From: Vicugna vicugna
Taxonomy: Eukaryota
Direction of reading: 5' to 3'
Length of the DNA: 64,000 bases
Assembly: GCA_013265495.1 (NCBI GenBank)
Contig: MU060947.1
Location: 310,001 to 374,000, forward strand
Each line of letters opens with the position of its first letter. Within the stretch, counting starts at the first letter, position 1. The position numbers were made by a program, and so were the translations under genes. The notes under the pieces were generated by a model. That model was not told where the DNA came from and made no database searches. It saw only the letters and a list, made by a program, of their open reading frames with translations. This document shows, one piece after another, positions 49,977-63,139 of the stretch.

Positions 49977-51060
49977 AACATGTGAGCAGCTGAGAGCCTG
50001 AGCTGTTGATAATAACAAACAAATGGGTGCATCAGGAGACGCAAATAATTTCCCAAGCGCTTCAACATGGAAAGTTCTAAAATTTTTTGAACTAATTCTT
50101 TTTCCTTCTGTTTGTCAGTAATAAGCATTTTGGTGCACCTGAAATTATGGGTAATTGTCATCAAAAAGCAGGACTGATGAATTGATTCTATAAGTCATTC
50201 TGGTGTTTTGAATTTGAAATATTTAACTTTCTAACTACCATACCAACATCCCAGTGTGGTAAAAGTAAAGTCATCCAAATCATAGAAAGACTGTCATATT
50301 TTTCTCAACAGGAAATGCTGCATTGTAAGTGGGTGAAATCTCTGGGTAGTTCTTAATTCGAAGGGTTCCTTCCACCGTCATGATAGTTGGGATTACTGTC
50401 TGCTATTACTTTCCAGAAATTACGCTTTATTTTCCCAGAAGGACAGAGCCACTGGGGTTTCCGGTATGGCCATGCAAAAGTGGACCAACTGTTTCAAAGC
50501 ATGAGGGCATTGTAGGACAACATGTGAGCAGCTGAGAGCCTGAGCTGTTGATAATAACAAACAAATGGGTGCATCAGGAGACGCAAATAATTTCCCAAGC
50601 GCTTCAACATGGAAAGTTCTAAAATTTTTTGAACTAATTCTTTTTCCTTCTGTTTGTCAGTAATAAGCATTTTGGTGCACCTGAAATTATGGGTAATTGT
50701 CATCAAAAAGCAGGACTGATGAATTGATTCTATAAGTCATTCTGGTGTTTTGAATTTGAAATATTTAACTTTCTAACTACCATACCAACATCCCAGTGTG
50801 GTAAAAGTAAAGTCATCCAAATCATAGAAAGACTGTCATATTTTTCTCAACAGGAAATGCTGCATTGTAAGTGGGTGAAATCTCTGGGTAGTTCTTAATT
50901 CGAAGGGTTCCTTCCACCGTCATGATAGTTGGGATTACTGTCTGCTATTACTTTCCAGAAATTACGCTTTATTTTCCCAGAAGGACAGAGCCACTGGGGT
51001 TTCCGGTATGGCCATGCAAAAGTGGACCAACTGTTTCAAAGCATGAGGGCATTGTAGGAC
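49977..51060. repeat. Exact tandem duplication, 2 x 542 bp (49977-50518 and 50519-51060)
   Basis: Line-by-line comparison shows no mismatch; unit runs aacatgtgagcagc...gcattgtaggac. Confidence 0.97.
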
Positions 51061-51932
51061 GCAAATTACATTTCATTAGGCAAGGTGTGTGTCCTCAATT
51101 TAATACCAAATACTAATTAAATACTCTGGTTTTCAGTTCAAACCAGAAATGATTTGTAGCTTTATGGCCCAGAGGAGTGATTTCTCTCTCTGAATTTAGG
51201 TCTATGCTTCTTGGGTTCACACCAGTTCGTGAGCACTCACTTGGATTCTGCATACAGAAGATCCTGCGCTGAATTCTCCTTTTCTGGGCACACAATCATA
51301 CTGTTTGGATATCAAGTCCCACATCTGCCATGAAAGTCATCTCAAGTAGTTGCCCCAAATAACTCTAGGACTTAGCTTCTCTTCTTGAGCCATCTCATCT
51401 TTTCAAATCATCCGAATCAGTTTCTTCATGTTTTAAATTTCAAGTCAGCAAATATTTACTGTGTATCTTCTACATCAGTGACTACCTTAGACATACAAAG
51501 CTAAATAAAACCCTGTCCACTGTGCTTACAGTCTGAGGGGAACTGCTGTAAACATGAGCATCTGCACGAAACCATGCTGCAAAAGCTACAGTTGCTGCAA
51601 TTGCTGATGGAAAGACGCAAAGTGAAGGACCACATGTGCATCCTTACCTACCTTCTGCCTTGCACAGCTTATGAAATTTCCCTAAACTCAAGTACCTCCT
51701 CTGTAAAACCAGGATAATCCCATCACCTGCCTTGCAGGACTACCCTGAGGACAGAGTGAGATAAGGAAAAGAAACCTCTCACCATGGTGCTGGGTGTATA
51801 TGCACTTGTCATTAACGGCCAACGACCACGTTATATTTGTGTAAACTTGTGATTTACCGAAGTGCATTTGTGTATTAGGGAACTTTAAAGCTGGTGGGAC
51901 TGCAGGAATCCCATAATTCAATAATAGACACC

Positions 51933-52400
51933 TATATCAGTCAGGGTCCAAGGAGGAGACAGAAAATCCACCCGTTATTGGAACAAAAATAATTTAATAT
52001 GAAGAACTGTTAACTAGGTGTAAGGTTGTCAATTCTGCAACCAAACAGATAAAAAAGGAAAACTTGAAGGTAGCAAGTGCAGGAAGCAGTTATCACCCCC
52101 AAGACCAGAGGAACACAAGGAAGAGGCTGGAATTATTGAAACTTAGAAGCTTCAAGGAGGGGCCCTAGAGCTGAAACTCAGACCTCTGGGGAGAGAGAAC
52201 CTCTCAGTCCTCTCTGAGCTCAGAGGAGAAACCTCACGGGGCTGGTGTTAGACTCTGAGGAGGAGGTAGCGGCTGGCTGGGGCTGATGTGCTGGTGGGGT
52301 GCAGTGAAGCTGGTTCTATGTATATTCAAAAACTGCATATTGGAGTTAGCTGCTGCTGTTGCAAGACATCCCTGCCTCTGAGATAGGAAAGAGAACGCTA
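51933..52400 (-). mobile_element. ERVL-class solo LTR (LTR52-like)
   Basis: tatcagtcagggtccaaggaggagacagaaaatccacc...aatttaatatgaagaactgttaactagg. Confidence 0.55.
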
Positions 52401-54229
52401 CCTAGTTTCCTAGTTCTGGTTCTTTCAAAAACTGGCTGCCTCTTGACTTGAGTTTCAAGTCAACCCCATGTCTTTAACATAAAACCTCCATTCTTATTTA
52501 AGACAACTAGAATCTCTATTACTTGGCGGGAAAAGTCTTAAATAAAACAAATCCTGTGAATCAGAGAAGCAGAGTAACATCTTGCCTGAATGCGGCATAC
52601 TTTTTATCACACCACCAACCTCCAACGTGACCACGCGTCTTAAAAGTCCACACTAAATGTTGCAATCAGCTCGGGGAACAAGGGTTAAAGTTTTGCTTAT
52701 GTAAATTCTGACAGGACCCCAGATCCTGCCTTTATATTTTACTGGCATTTACTGAGACAGATCCATAATTTTGGAATTATTCTCACTGCTACTTTGAGTG
52801 TACCATGCACATAAAGCCATGCAGAATGGTCACAGCAATTGGGGCCCTTTAATTGACAATGTGTAGTTCTGCCTCACACCTACAGGGCTGGTGAAAGGAA
52901 ATCTCTGCTTTCTTAACGAGAAAGTCAGCTCCCTTTAAAGCCAGTGAGCTAACGAAGTATCTTCACTTTGCATGCAAGTTTGGTGGGTGTGGTTCACTTC
53001 GGCTCATGCTTTGGTGCACCTAACAGTCTCAGCATCACTGTTGTCAACTCTCCCTGGTGCCAGAAATGCCTAGAAAAGCCTGTTGTACATGCACATGAAT
53101 GTTCATCTGGAGAGGGTTCTGAGTAGAAAAATAGTGGTGTTTCCCGGTTCCATCAGCAACAATTCTTTCGGATCATGCACTAGGCAAGATGCACTGCTCA
53201 GCACAAAATCTGTTTGGCAACAGAAGAGGTAATGAATGGGAAGAGTAACCGGCAAACAATGTGAGCGGGGACAAGTCAGCAAGTTAGCAGCACAGAGTGT
53301 TCGCTGGGCTTCTATTTTCCTTCAGCTAATACTTTTCCGATAAATACTTGTCTCCACTGCAGGGGGGGGGGCACAGTTGAGAGATGAGGGGGGATGTAGA
53401 AAAGGAGGCTGAAGCTCAACTGAAGCCAAACACGTGGTTTGCACAACACCAAGGTATGCCGACTGATACCTGCACCATTGTCTGTTGCTCTGTGTGTGCG
53501 TGTTTCCGTTTTGCACCTCAGCCACACACACCCACTATCAGTTCAGAATGTTTTACAGGCACTTTGGTTTGTGTGTTGGAAAGTAAACAGTTTACCATCG
53601 TGCTCTCTGTGTGGTGCTGACTCACATCACACATCTCTGCTCTTCCGAGATTTAATCTTGCCCGGGTATATATATCCTTGTAAAATCTTAGCTCGTTAGT
53701 ATAGGCCAAAGTGTTTGCAACCGATTCTTTTTCCTTCTGTGCCCTATTACGTTTGGCCAGATGACAAGCATTTTTTAAAAAGTATTTAGAGGAAACTGCA
53801 ATGATGACAGTAAAAATCCTTTAGCTGGATATTAATGGAAGGCTCCCGCCATACTGGAAGTTTACGTTGGATGAGATTAAAAGTTGTATGAACAGTAGAA
53901 GCCTGGAGGCCGAGAATTTGTGGTGTTTGGTTATATAAGTTTGCAAAGGATCCTGTGTGATACCAGAGCCTCTCTGAGGACTTTACCCTCCTGCTTCTAC
54001 CACCCTAAAACCCTCAATCCCAGGTGTCAACTTGGTGTGTAAACTTAAAGGTATGTTCTGAGAAGGTGGTTGCCTGCAGCGCCGAGTTAATGAAACAGGA
54101 TTCATAATTCTCCTTTGTACAGAGACAAAGCTAGGACTCAAGAGTCAGGGGCTGATTCCATGGATTCAGGAAACAGTAATGGACTAGACAGAGAAACTTA
54201 AAATAGAAGTAAGTAGCTAATTTCTCTTG

Positions 54230-54450
54230 GGCATATGCGACATGCCAGCACTGTTATAACCATTTCACGTGCATAGCTCATTTATTCCATTAGAAAAGTC
54301 TCTGAGCGGGGAATATTATTATGACTACGCTCAGATAGGGACACAGAGAGTCAGAGGTAAGAAAGTTGCCTGAGGTCATGCAATTAGTACAAACCAGAGA
54401 TTATATTCAGTTTAAGGCAGTTGGATGTAAAGCCCTTCCTTCTTAACCTT
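54230..54450 (-). mobile_element. MIR SINE
   Basis: tgccagcactgttataaccatttcacgtgcatagctcattt...cagataggg...gttgcctgaggtcatgcaattagt. Confidence 0.65.
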
Positions 54451-54792
54451 GGACTCCCCCGCTGCCCAGAGGCTTCTTCAAAGCTGGACCATCAGCGGGC
54501 ACTTTAATTCCTTAATGCTCGGAAGTCTTCTCCATTCTGCTAGAACGGATTTGTTAATGCTGTCATAGCCCAGCTATCTTCTACCTTATAGGCCTTATCA
54601 TAGTGGTAATTAGATAAATATTAGAGCAACTACTTGTTTAATGTGTTTCCCCTGGCAGACCGTAATTAGCATAAGAGCAGAGACCAGATTTGTAAGTTCA
54701 CCCTTCCACCTCCAGTCCTTAGATCCAAATCCAGCACATCAAAGGCATTCAAGAAATTCTTGTTGAAATAAGAAAAAAGAATAATTAACTTT

Positions 54793-55304
54793 TGTCTTAA
54801 CTATGTACAGCAGCATAACAAATTATCCTAAAACTTTGTGGCTTTAAACAACAAATATTTATTATCTCACAGTTTTATTATCCCAATAGCTTAGCTGGAT
54901 GTTTCTGGCTCAAGATCTTTCACAAAGTTGCAGTCAAGGTGTCAGCTGGGGCTGCAGTCATGTGAGGGCCTGCTGGGGCGGGAGGAGCCCCCTCCAAGAC
55001 GGCTCATGCCCATGGTAGGAGGCCTCAGTTCCTTGCCTTCTTATAGAATTGCTTCATAGAGTCCTAACAACGTGACAGCTAGCTTTCCCACAGGAAGCAA
55101 TGAGAGAGAGAGACAGAGAAAGGGAGAGGAAGCTGCAATGCTTTTCACGACACATAAAAAGTCACACCGTGTCCCTTCCACCATATTCTGTTCATTGGAA
55201 GCAAGTCACTTGGTCTAAGCTATGTTCAAGAAAACAGGAATTAGACTCCTTCTCTTGTGGAGAGACATATTAAAGATCTGTGGACATATTTTATAACTAC
55301 CATA
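54793..55304 (-). mobile_element. MLT1G/H-like MaLR solo LTR
   Basis: gcataacaaattatcctaaaac...gttgcagtcaaggtgtcagctggggctgcagtcat...ggaattagactcc...tgtggacatattttataactacca. Confidence 0.75.
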
Positions 55305-55329
55305 CCTTCTAACTTTTATGTTACATAGC

Positions 55330-56050
55330 AATATTTCAACATGCAGGGATGGGGCTCCAGAAAGGAGACTTTTCGAGGCAGAGAACACATACAGAGTAAG
55401 GACACACAGGTAGGGAAACGAGGTTTGCTGGAGAACAGCACGTGTCGTAGATTAGAAGGCAGAGGGAGGCTCGAGGAAGAAGAGATGGAAAACAGAATAG
55501 AAAGAGGGAGGAGAAGTTGAAGAGCTTTTAACTTGCAGTGGCGGACAAAGGAAAGCAGTGGGATGACATGATTAGAAAGGGTGTTCCTTTAGGAATATTT
55601 ATGTGGGGAGATGGAGTCACGCATTGGAGACTGAACCCCCAAATCATTGGGAGACAATTATCTTTGCAGTAAGTTCGCTGGCACCTTAACTTGAACAGAA
55701 CAGTGGGAGTAGGAAGTAGAGACAGATGCTACAGTGACTGGTAATTAAGTAAATAAGAGAGGAACCCAGAAGGAGTTGCTAAAGATGACACAACATTTTG
55801 AATCTGGGTGATGGCTTGTTACTAATCAAAGGGAAGTAAAGAGCAGGGGATGGAAGTATGGCTTTTACAAGCAGACACCATAGGACCAGAAATTATCAGA
55901 GGGCACGGACTGTGTACTTTCCCAGGAAGACGGTGAGACTGGATTGCTTTGCTGACCCTGGGTTATGGTAGGACATCAAAGGGGAGGTGCTGAGCAGACA
56001 GTCAAAATGTGAGTCTAGATTTCAGGGGAGAGGTCAGGTTTAAAGACCAG
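55330..56050 (-). mobile_element. LINE L2 body (degenerate)
   Basis: Purine-rich ...gatgacatgattaga...ttttgaatctgggtga...gtgagtctagatttcaggggagaggtcagg. Confidence 0.5.
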
Positions 56051-56267
56051 CGCTCCTGTCCACACAAGGGGACAAACAGGCCATAGACAGCCTGGAGCCA
56101 ACCACGTTATCAGGAAAGACATTTCTATGACTTATAACATGAATCCTGCAGACAGCAGTCTTTAGTGTTAATGGCATGGCTTGTCTTTTAAAACTCATTT
56201 TTCTTTGAAATGTTATTCTGAAGAAACCGTGCTCAGACAGTGATTACAGTTCTGGCCGGTGAGTCAC

Positions 56268-56765
56268 TGTATTGTACTTCTGTTGCTGCGATAACGAAGT
56301 ACCACAAACCTCGTGGCTTAAAACAACGCCCATACATTCCCTTACAGTTCTGGAGGTTAGAAGGTCAAAATCTGTTCGACTGGGCTCAGGTTAGGGTCTG
56401 CAGGGAGGCCCTTTCTGGAGGCTCTGAGAGGAGAATCTGTTTCCTTGCCATTTTCAGCTTCTAGGAGCCACGTATATCCCCTCGCCTGCACCCTCTTCCT
56501 CCATCTGCCAAGCACATCACTCCAACATCTGCTTCCCTCCTCACTTTGTCTCCTCCTCTGACTCTGACGCCTCCAGTGTCCCTCTTACAAGGATGCTGTG
56601 TTTACGTTGGACCCACCAGGTTAATCCAGGATAAGTCTCTATCTCAAGGTCCTAAACTCACCGACACATGCGAAGTCCCTTTTGCCATATGTGCTAACAT
56701 CCGCACGTTCTGGGAATAGTACATGGACATATTTCCATTGTTCACGTGCTGTTCAGTCTACCTCA
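56268..56765 (-). mobile_element. MLT1C/D MaLR solo LTR, full length with intact 5-bp TSD
   Basis: TG...CA termini; gtcac at 56263-56267 and 56766-56770; internal tctggaggctctgagaggagaatctgtttccttgcc, ggacccaccaggttaatccaggata. Confidence 0.85.
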
Positions 56766-57507
56766 GTCACCCAAATCCAACCGGGTCCAAATGTACCCTA
56801 TGTGCTTCTCAGCCACTGCCCTCCCTGCTGAACACACACAGCCAAGGTCAGTCTTTAAATATCACTGCCCCACCTCTCAGCTTCATGAAGCTTCACACTG
56901 AGGTTTTTCCATCAACATCATCACCATGGTTCTGAAAAGACCTTCTCTATCAACACAGAACCTTGTGGTCTAAAGGGACCTCAAGTTTCGTCTAGTCCAG
57001 CCCCAGTTGAATATCTATTGGTCTTCAGGTCTGGAGATGGAAACTGAAATATTTGAATGTACTTCTCAACTCGTCTTCCTCACTTGCCATTGGTTTCCCT
57101 GACAACTCCCTCTACCCATGGCCTCTCTTTCCTCAATGAAGAGTGATCCTAGAGAATTTGCAACCGGATGTGTTAAAAGTGTTCAACATCTGAAGCAGAG
57201 CATCAGACATAAATTCCCAGCTATGATGAGACTAGACACATCTGAAGTCCCTTCAGACCCTCAGCTTCTATCACTCTGTCAAATCATTCTGTCTTCTCAG
57301 AGTGCTACTGACGCGAATGCCGATGCCAAGGTAATATAAACTCACATCATTTTCCACTAGAAGTGATTTTACTTTAAAGAACTGACTGAACTATAAATCA
57401 CTGTGTTACTGCTCGTGATTGAACTGAGGTTGCTAGAAGTTTTCAAATCCATATCACGTAGTTTGTGAGTCTTTTTCAGCGATACATATGTTTAGGTATG
57501 GGTGTGC

Positions 57508-57735
57508 GGTAGAAAGAGCTGCAGTTTAGAGTTAAACAAAATCTGAGCTCAAGTTTTAGCAGTGCAGCCGAGATGCAGGCAAGTGTGTTAATGTCTCCAA
57601 ACCTTTACTTCTTTTTTTTTTTTGGAAAAAAATGGAAATATAATATACACACACAAGGACCAGGGGGATTAAATGTGATAATGATGAAAAGCACCTAGCA
57701 CTGCTTGGCATATAGTAGACACTCAATAAACACCA
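57508..57735 (+). mobile_element. MIR SINE
   Basis: ggtagaaagagc...ggattaaatgtgataatg...aaagcacctagcac...gcatatagtagacactcaataaac. Confidence 0.65.
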
Positions 57736-57915
57736 ATCCCAGCCATCCAACTAGTGTTTGTCTTCTGCTGCGTGTCAGGAGCTGGGCTTCACCCCACCCC
57801 ATTATTCCCTCCTCTTCACACTCATCACCACTTAAAGGAGAGAAGCAACAGGACCCGAATTTGACACTTGAGATCCTTGTCAAGCTGGGTTAATATCCAT
57901 AAAAAGAAATAATGA

Positions 57916-58284
57916 AGTCAAGACAGAGAAAGGCACATATCATATGACATCACTTACATGTGGAATCTAAAAAAAAAAAAAAGACACAAATGAACTTATT
58001 TGCAAAACAGAAACAGACTCACAGACACAGAAAACAAAGTTACGGTTACCAAAGGGGAAAGTGGAGGGGGGAGGGATAAATTAGGAGTTTGGGATTGATA
58101 TTAAACTACTATGTACAGATTAGATAAACAACAAGGTCCTACTGCACAGCACAGGGAACTATATTAAATAGCTTGTAATAACTTATAATAAAAAAGAAAT
58201 ATATATATATATATGGATAACTGAGTCACTATATTGTACACCAGAAACTAACACAACATTGTAATCAACCATACTTCAAATTAA
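57916..58284 (+). mobile_element. 5'-truncated L1 3' end, same type as 6323-7113
   Basis: tcacttacatgtggaatctaaaa...gcacagggaactatatt...ccatacttcaa; TSD aaaaagaaataatga (57901-57915) / aaaaagaaatgatta (58285-58299). Confidence 0.9.
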
Positions 58285-59718
58285 AAAAAGAAATGATTAG
58301 CAAATATGTTACTGATTAGCAGATTTATAGTTATAATGTACAAGATCATTATGCATTAACTTGAGTAACGTGTACTGATGGTTGCTATTACATAAAATTA
58401 TGCACTGTAAGGGAGAACAAGCCAGTGACAGGGCACAAGTGCCCGGCACACTCAGGCAGGCAATGACAACTATGGTCATTGTTAAGTTCTTAGGTTAAAG
58501 ATGGGCCCATTGTTGAAACAGCAAAACATGACATTAAAACTTAATTTAAAATTAAAATCCATTCCTTTTATATAGCTATAAATAAATTTATTACGATTCT
58601 CAACCACACTATTGTCCAGTGAGCCTTCTTTCATCATGCTATGACTGGAACAAATGAACCGAAAATAGACTTTAAAACGTGAGGTAATCTTTTCATTTTC
58701 TTATTTCCCTAAACTTTAAAAAATACTTGGAGGTCTCTACGGGGGGAGAGAGATGGTGCTGCCACGTGGAAAAAAGAGATTGTTGCTCTGCATCAGGCCC
58801 GAGCGAAGTAGGTTTCAGGTGAGACGATGGAGTTTGAGGCCATCATGCACTTCAATGTGAGAATTATATACTGTTTTGCTATTTCTCAGGTTTAGCTCTG
58901 CCTCCTTAGATCCATCCCATCTTTGTAGTATCCTGCCTGGAGCTGCCAACACAGGTTCTAACTTCAGCAGTGATGCAAAAGTTAATTTTCCATCTACCCA
59001 TTCCTTTGGGTTTTATTTTTTCCTATATTTATGAAATTGTTTTCCCCTTATACCACAGATACACCTACTTGGAAGACAGGATAAAACTCACTTACTGATT
59101 GGAAAAAATAAAACAGGGCAGGTTCACAGCCTCCTTACGTACTAAACTACATTGAATATATATCAATGGATATAGAACCAAGGGTATGGAGGTTGAGTCT
59201 TCATTAATCTAGGGTGTTAAAATTCATTTAACTTAACTGTTCATTTATTATCCCTTCTGGAATTATTGTGACTCTCAAAACCTAAATGAAATTTAAGCCT
59301 GTGACACCCATGGGGTAGTTTTATTGATAAAGGAATTCTGAATAAATAAAACTGAAAGCCAGGAGAAGTTTGACAGGTTAACTGCGGAAGGAGTATAAAC
59401 TCATTGAAACATTAGTGCAAGCCAAGTTAATCTGTAAGCCTTAAATGAATCTCAGTTCAGAAAAGAGCGTTAGGAATAGTTTGCTATTTGTATTGTTTAC
59501 TTGTCAAGACAGACCAGAGCGTTTTTCTTAATCCACGCCATAGCTTGTTAGTGACTTCCTACAGCGTGTAACTAGCATGGCTATTAATTTGTTGTAATTC
59601 TTCCAAAGACACTGTTCACCGTAAGCTACTACTATTAACTGTGGCTTAATGCTCTCAGGTACAGTAGGCTTTTGGGACTGAGCCGTGATAAAGATGGAAA
59701 GGAAGCATCACTAATCTT

Positions 59719-59852
59719 TTTTTTAATTAAAATTTTTTTTTAATTTTGGGGGAAGGTAATTAGGTCTTTATTGTTAATGGAGGTACTGGGGATTGAACCC
59801 AAGACCCCATGCATGCTAGGCATGTGCTACACCACTAAGCTAGACCCTCCCC
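59719..59852 (-). mobile_element. Vic-1-type SINE
   Basis: ggaggtactggggattgaacccaagaccccatgcatgctagg...taagctagaccctcccc; TSD aagcatcactaatctt (59703-59718) / aagcatcattgatctt (59856-59871). Confidence 0.88.
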
Positions 59853-59899
59853 ACAAAGCATCATTGATCTTAACGTTTTCCCTTCCAACAACTTGAATG

Positions 59900-61280
59900 G
59901 CATGCACCTTGATTTAAACTTTCCTGGTTGTTATTCTTAATTCTTTTTTTAAAAAGTGTGGTTATCAACATTAGGGATGAAACCCTGTGTATTGTATTCT
60001 CTCATAAAAACCCAGAAACCAGTCATTTCTCTAATCACCTCAATGTCCTTCTTTAATTCTTTGTATATTCTGGATTGTTGACATAACAGTGTATTATGAT
60101 AAATTAATTTTCTAGTATTATATATTTTCCTTTTTAAGAATCATTACATTCTTATACTATTTTGCAAAATGTTTAAGACAATTATATGAACAGTTCTATA
60201 TTGAAACAGCATTAATCTTCTGTATTAATCTTTTATTTATAACAACTTATTCTTGGGCTGTTTGTCTTGATTCATGTTTCTTGGTCCTAGGGACTTTTGT
60301 CTTCAGAAGCTCATGGGTTTCCTTTATTATTGTTTTAATTTATTATACTATCTTGCATATATTATTTTAAATATTTTATTTATTTTTTATTATTTGATTT
60401 TTAATATTGTACAGAAGACCTCTGAGGGCAAGTTGATTTTTTCCTCTATAAGTAATGCTTCCCCCCACCCCACCCTGAGAATGCATCCTCTCTCAGTCTT
60501 TGTAGGAAATTGTCTTTACTTTTGAAATTCAATTATTTAACCAGGACACAGGTAAGTGCCAATCTCACTCTAACAATTTTGCTTGCTACATGATAAATAC
60601 CTTCGACCTGCAACTTTAGATCTTCAGCTCAGGAAAGTATTTTTCTATCGCATCTAACTTTTATTTCAATTTTCTTGTGCTTCTCTCCCATTTTCATTTG
60701 TCTTTTCAGTCTGGGAGAGTGAGTCAACCTTTTCCTTTATGTGGCTAATTCAGTTTCCTACAGTAGTAATTCTATTCTTCATTGATTATGGTTAAAACTT
60801 CTCATTATATTAATAGTAGTTTCTTTATACTTGTTCACTACCTAGTTCCCTGTATTTCTTAATCTGAGACTTTCATCTCATTTTCCTTCCTTGTCTCAGA
60901 GGCTGCATTTCATGTATTTTATGGTGGAGTGTGGAGCTGGTGTTCTCTTAACTTGATTCTCACTTTAATGTAGTATTTTTTTCAGCTGGGTGTTCTTTCT
61001 CCATTTCTTGACTTCAATGTCATCTATGTTGATTTTGCAGAATGTTTGTATGGATTCTTATTGTTTATCCATTCGTAAACATGAAGAGAACGATTTAGGC
61101 CTTGTATTTTGAGTTCCAAACAGGTGAGCAGGTCCTGCTCGGGTCCTCCTCATTTACCTGGACCATGAAGGTATATTGTCTGTAACGTTTTAAGTTGGAG
61201 ACTCGACTAGCATACGTTTTCATGATTAGTTTAGTGATTGCCCTAGCTCGTTGGGAAAAGGGAAAGATTTAGGGCTGAGG
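59900..61280 (-). mobile_element. Highly degenerate L1M-type segment
   Basis: T-rich strand with L1-like phrases (gggcaagttgatttttt, tcttcagctcaggaaag, cttctctcccatt). Confidence 0.4.
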
Positions 61281-62249
61281 GCAGGTCCTGAAGAACCACA
61301 TTGTCTCTGAACCATTTCTTCACTGTTCTTGGTGAGGAGATGGGACCAGCTGTCACCTTTCTATTTTACCACTTTGCCCAGCTTTCACTCCCCATATTCG
61401 ACGTGTCTGCGTCTGGTCGCTGCTGTCCAGTGCCTTGCAAGAGCTCCACCACATTAAGGAGATGCCAGCCACACTGGGTTTCCTTTCATGGGGTCACAAT
61501 TATCCTTAACTTTCCCCAAAGAGCTGCTTGGAAAGCTTTTCAGTCATGACGGTGGAGCAATTGTTAATGATGTGTTCCGTATTCTCCTTTCTCTTTTTGC
61601 CTTCAAATTCCCTCCTCCTCCATTTAGGGGTGTGGGTGGGTCCTGTCCATTTACTTAATAAATATTTGTCAAATTTAATTGTTGTCCAATTGCCTTCCTA
61701 CAATTTTGGATAGAAACACCCCTCCCACCAATAAAAAAAAGAAGACCAGAGAAAATTCCTAGAAATAAAACTTTTGTCAAATGACACTTACGATAATTGG
61801 CAACAACTTTAATGATGATGTTGCTGAGGGAAAGCCAGGGTTCTCATTCTGCAGCAGCAAATGCCAGGTGGACTGCCATTTACAATAGTGATTGTGGCAG
61901 GTCAATGGGTAACCTCCTTTCCCTTAAAGGAAAAGCTGCCAATGTAAATGTTGAAAAGAGAATATTCCTATCTGGTTACAAACGCAAGAGCAATTCTCAG
62001 AGCGCTAGAAATGCTTGGAGTGGTGACAATGGTAGAACGCTAATCATTTTCTAAGAAACCTCTTCTAGTTAGGTCATGACTGTGTACTTCTGAGATGATG
62101 ACAGAATTGTCTCTCAAAGACTTTTCATCAAACCTTGATGTTCTACCCTTTGCTCCATCACTTATTGGTTCTCCTGAGTATGTGGATCTCCAAGTTTTAA
62201 TTAATTACTGGGGCATAACAGAGCTTCTAGATGTAACATTGTTTTTAAA

Positions 62250-63110
62250 AAAAAGGATTAGTAAGCAGCGTAGGTAAGGAGCTCCCACAAAGCAATAAGA
62301 AAAAGACAAATAAGCATACAGAATGACAGACTGAAGATATAAGCAGAAATTTCAGAAGAAGAAATCCAAATGGCCAATAAACATATGAAGAGACACTCAG
62401 TCTTACTAGTATTTAGGGAATTAAAGCAACCAGATGATATTTCATAACCACAAAACTGGCAGGATTTAAGAAGTTTGCTAATATCAAGTGTTAGTGGGGA
62501 AAAGTGAACTCACAATCACTGACGGGAGAGGTGCCAGTGGGTATAATGACTTTAGAAAGTGATTTGGTGCCATTAAGCAGAGTTGAAAATACCCATAGCC
62601 TATTACCCAGAAGTTGCACTTCTGGGTTGATATCCCAGTGAAACTGTTACACATGTGCAACAGGGAGACATGCCAAAGAATGTTCTTTGCAGCGATGTTT
62701 TTAATAACAAAAAATTGGAAATGAGTCAAATGCTCATCTGTGAGAGGATGGGGATTAAGAAATTGTGGTATATTGATAAAGATGGAACAGTGTGCAAAAT
62801 AAATGAGGAATATCTTCCTGTGTCCACATGGGCAGATCTAAAAACACTGCTGGAAGAGAAAAAGCAAGTTACACCTTGATACCGTTTATTTAAATTAAAC
62901 ATGGTGAGGCTGGTAATGCTATACCGCATTTATGGTGACATATAAACATATGCCCTCACAGTAAAGGTTTAAAGGCATAAGTTAGACACACTCTATATTT
63001 AGGTTGGAAATTGTTTCTGAGATTGGAACGAGGTAAATGTGTTTTACACCTACACAGGAGGTGTCAACTTTCTCTGTAATACATTTGCATTTCTCTCTTT
63101 CAATAGGAAA
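62250..63110 (+). mobile_element. L1ME-type ORF2 end and 3'UTR (ancient)
   Basis: gaagaagaaatccaaatggccaataaacatatgaagagacactcag...acccagaagttgcacttctggg...aagaatgttctttgcagcgatg...aagaaattgtggtatatt. Confidence 0.7.
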
Positions 63111-63139
63111 GATCTTGAAGTAACTGCGGCAAAACATTG

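Noticed and set aside
49886-50706. Two minus-strand ORFs with identical N-termini (MMTITHNF...)
   Set aside because: A by-product of the 542-bp duplication; no domain or coding-like composition.
52212-52225. 14-bp palindrome ctctgagctcagag
   Set aside because: Short and inside an LTR; expected by chance in 64 kb.
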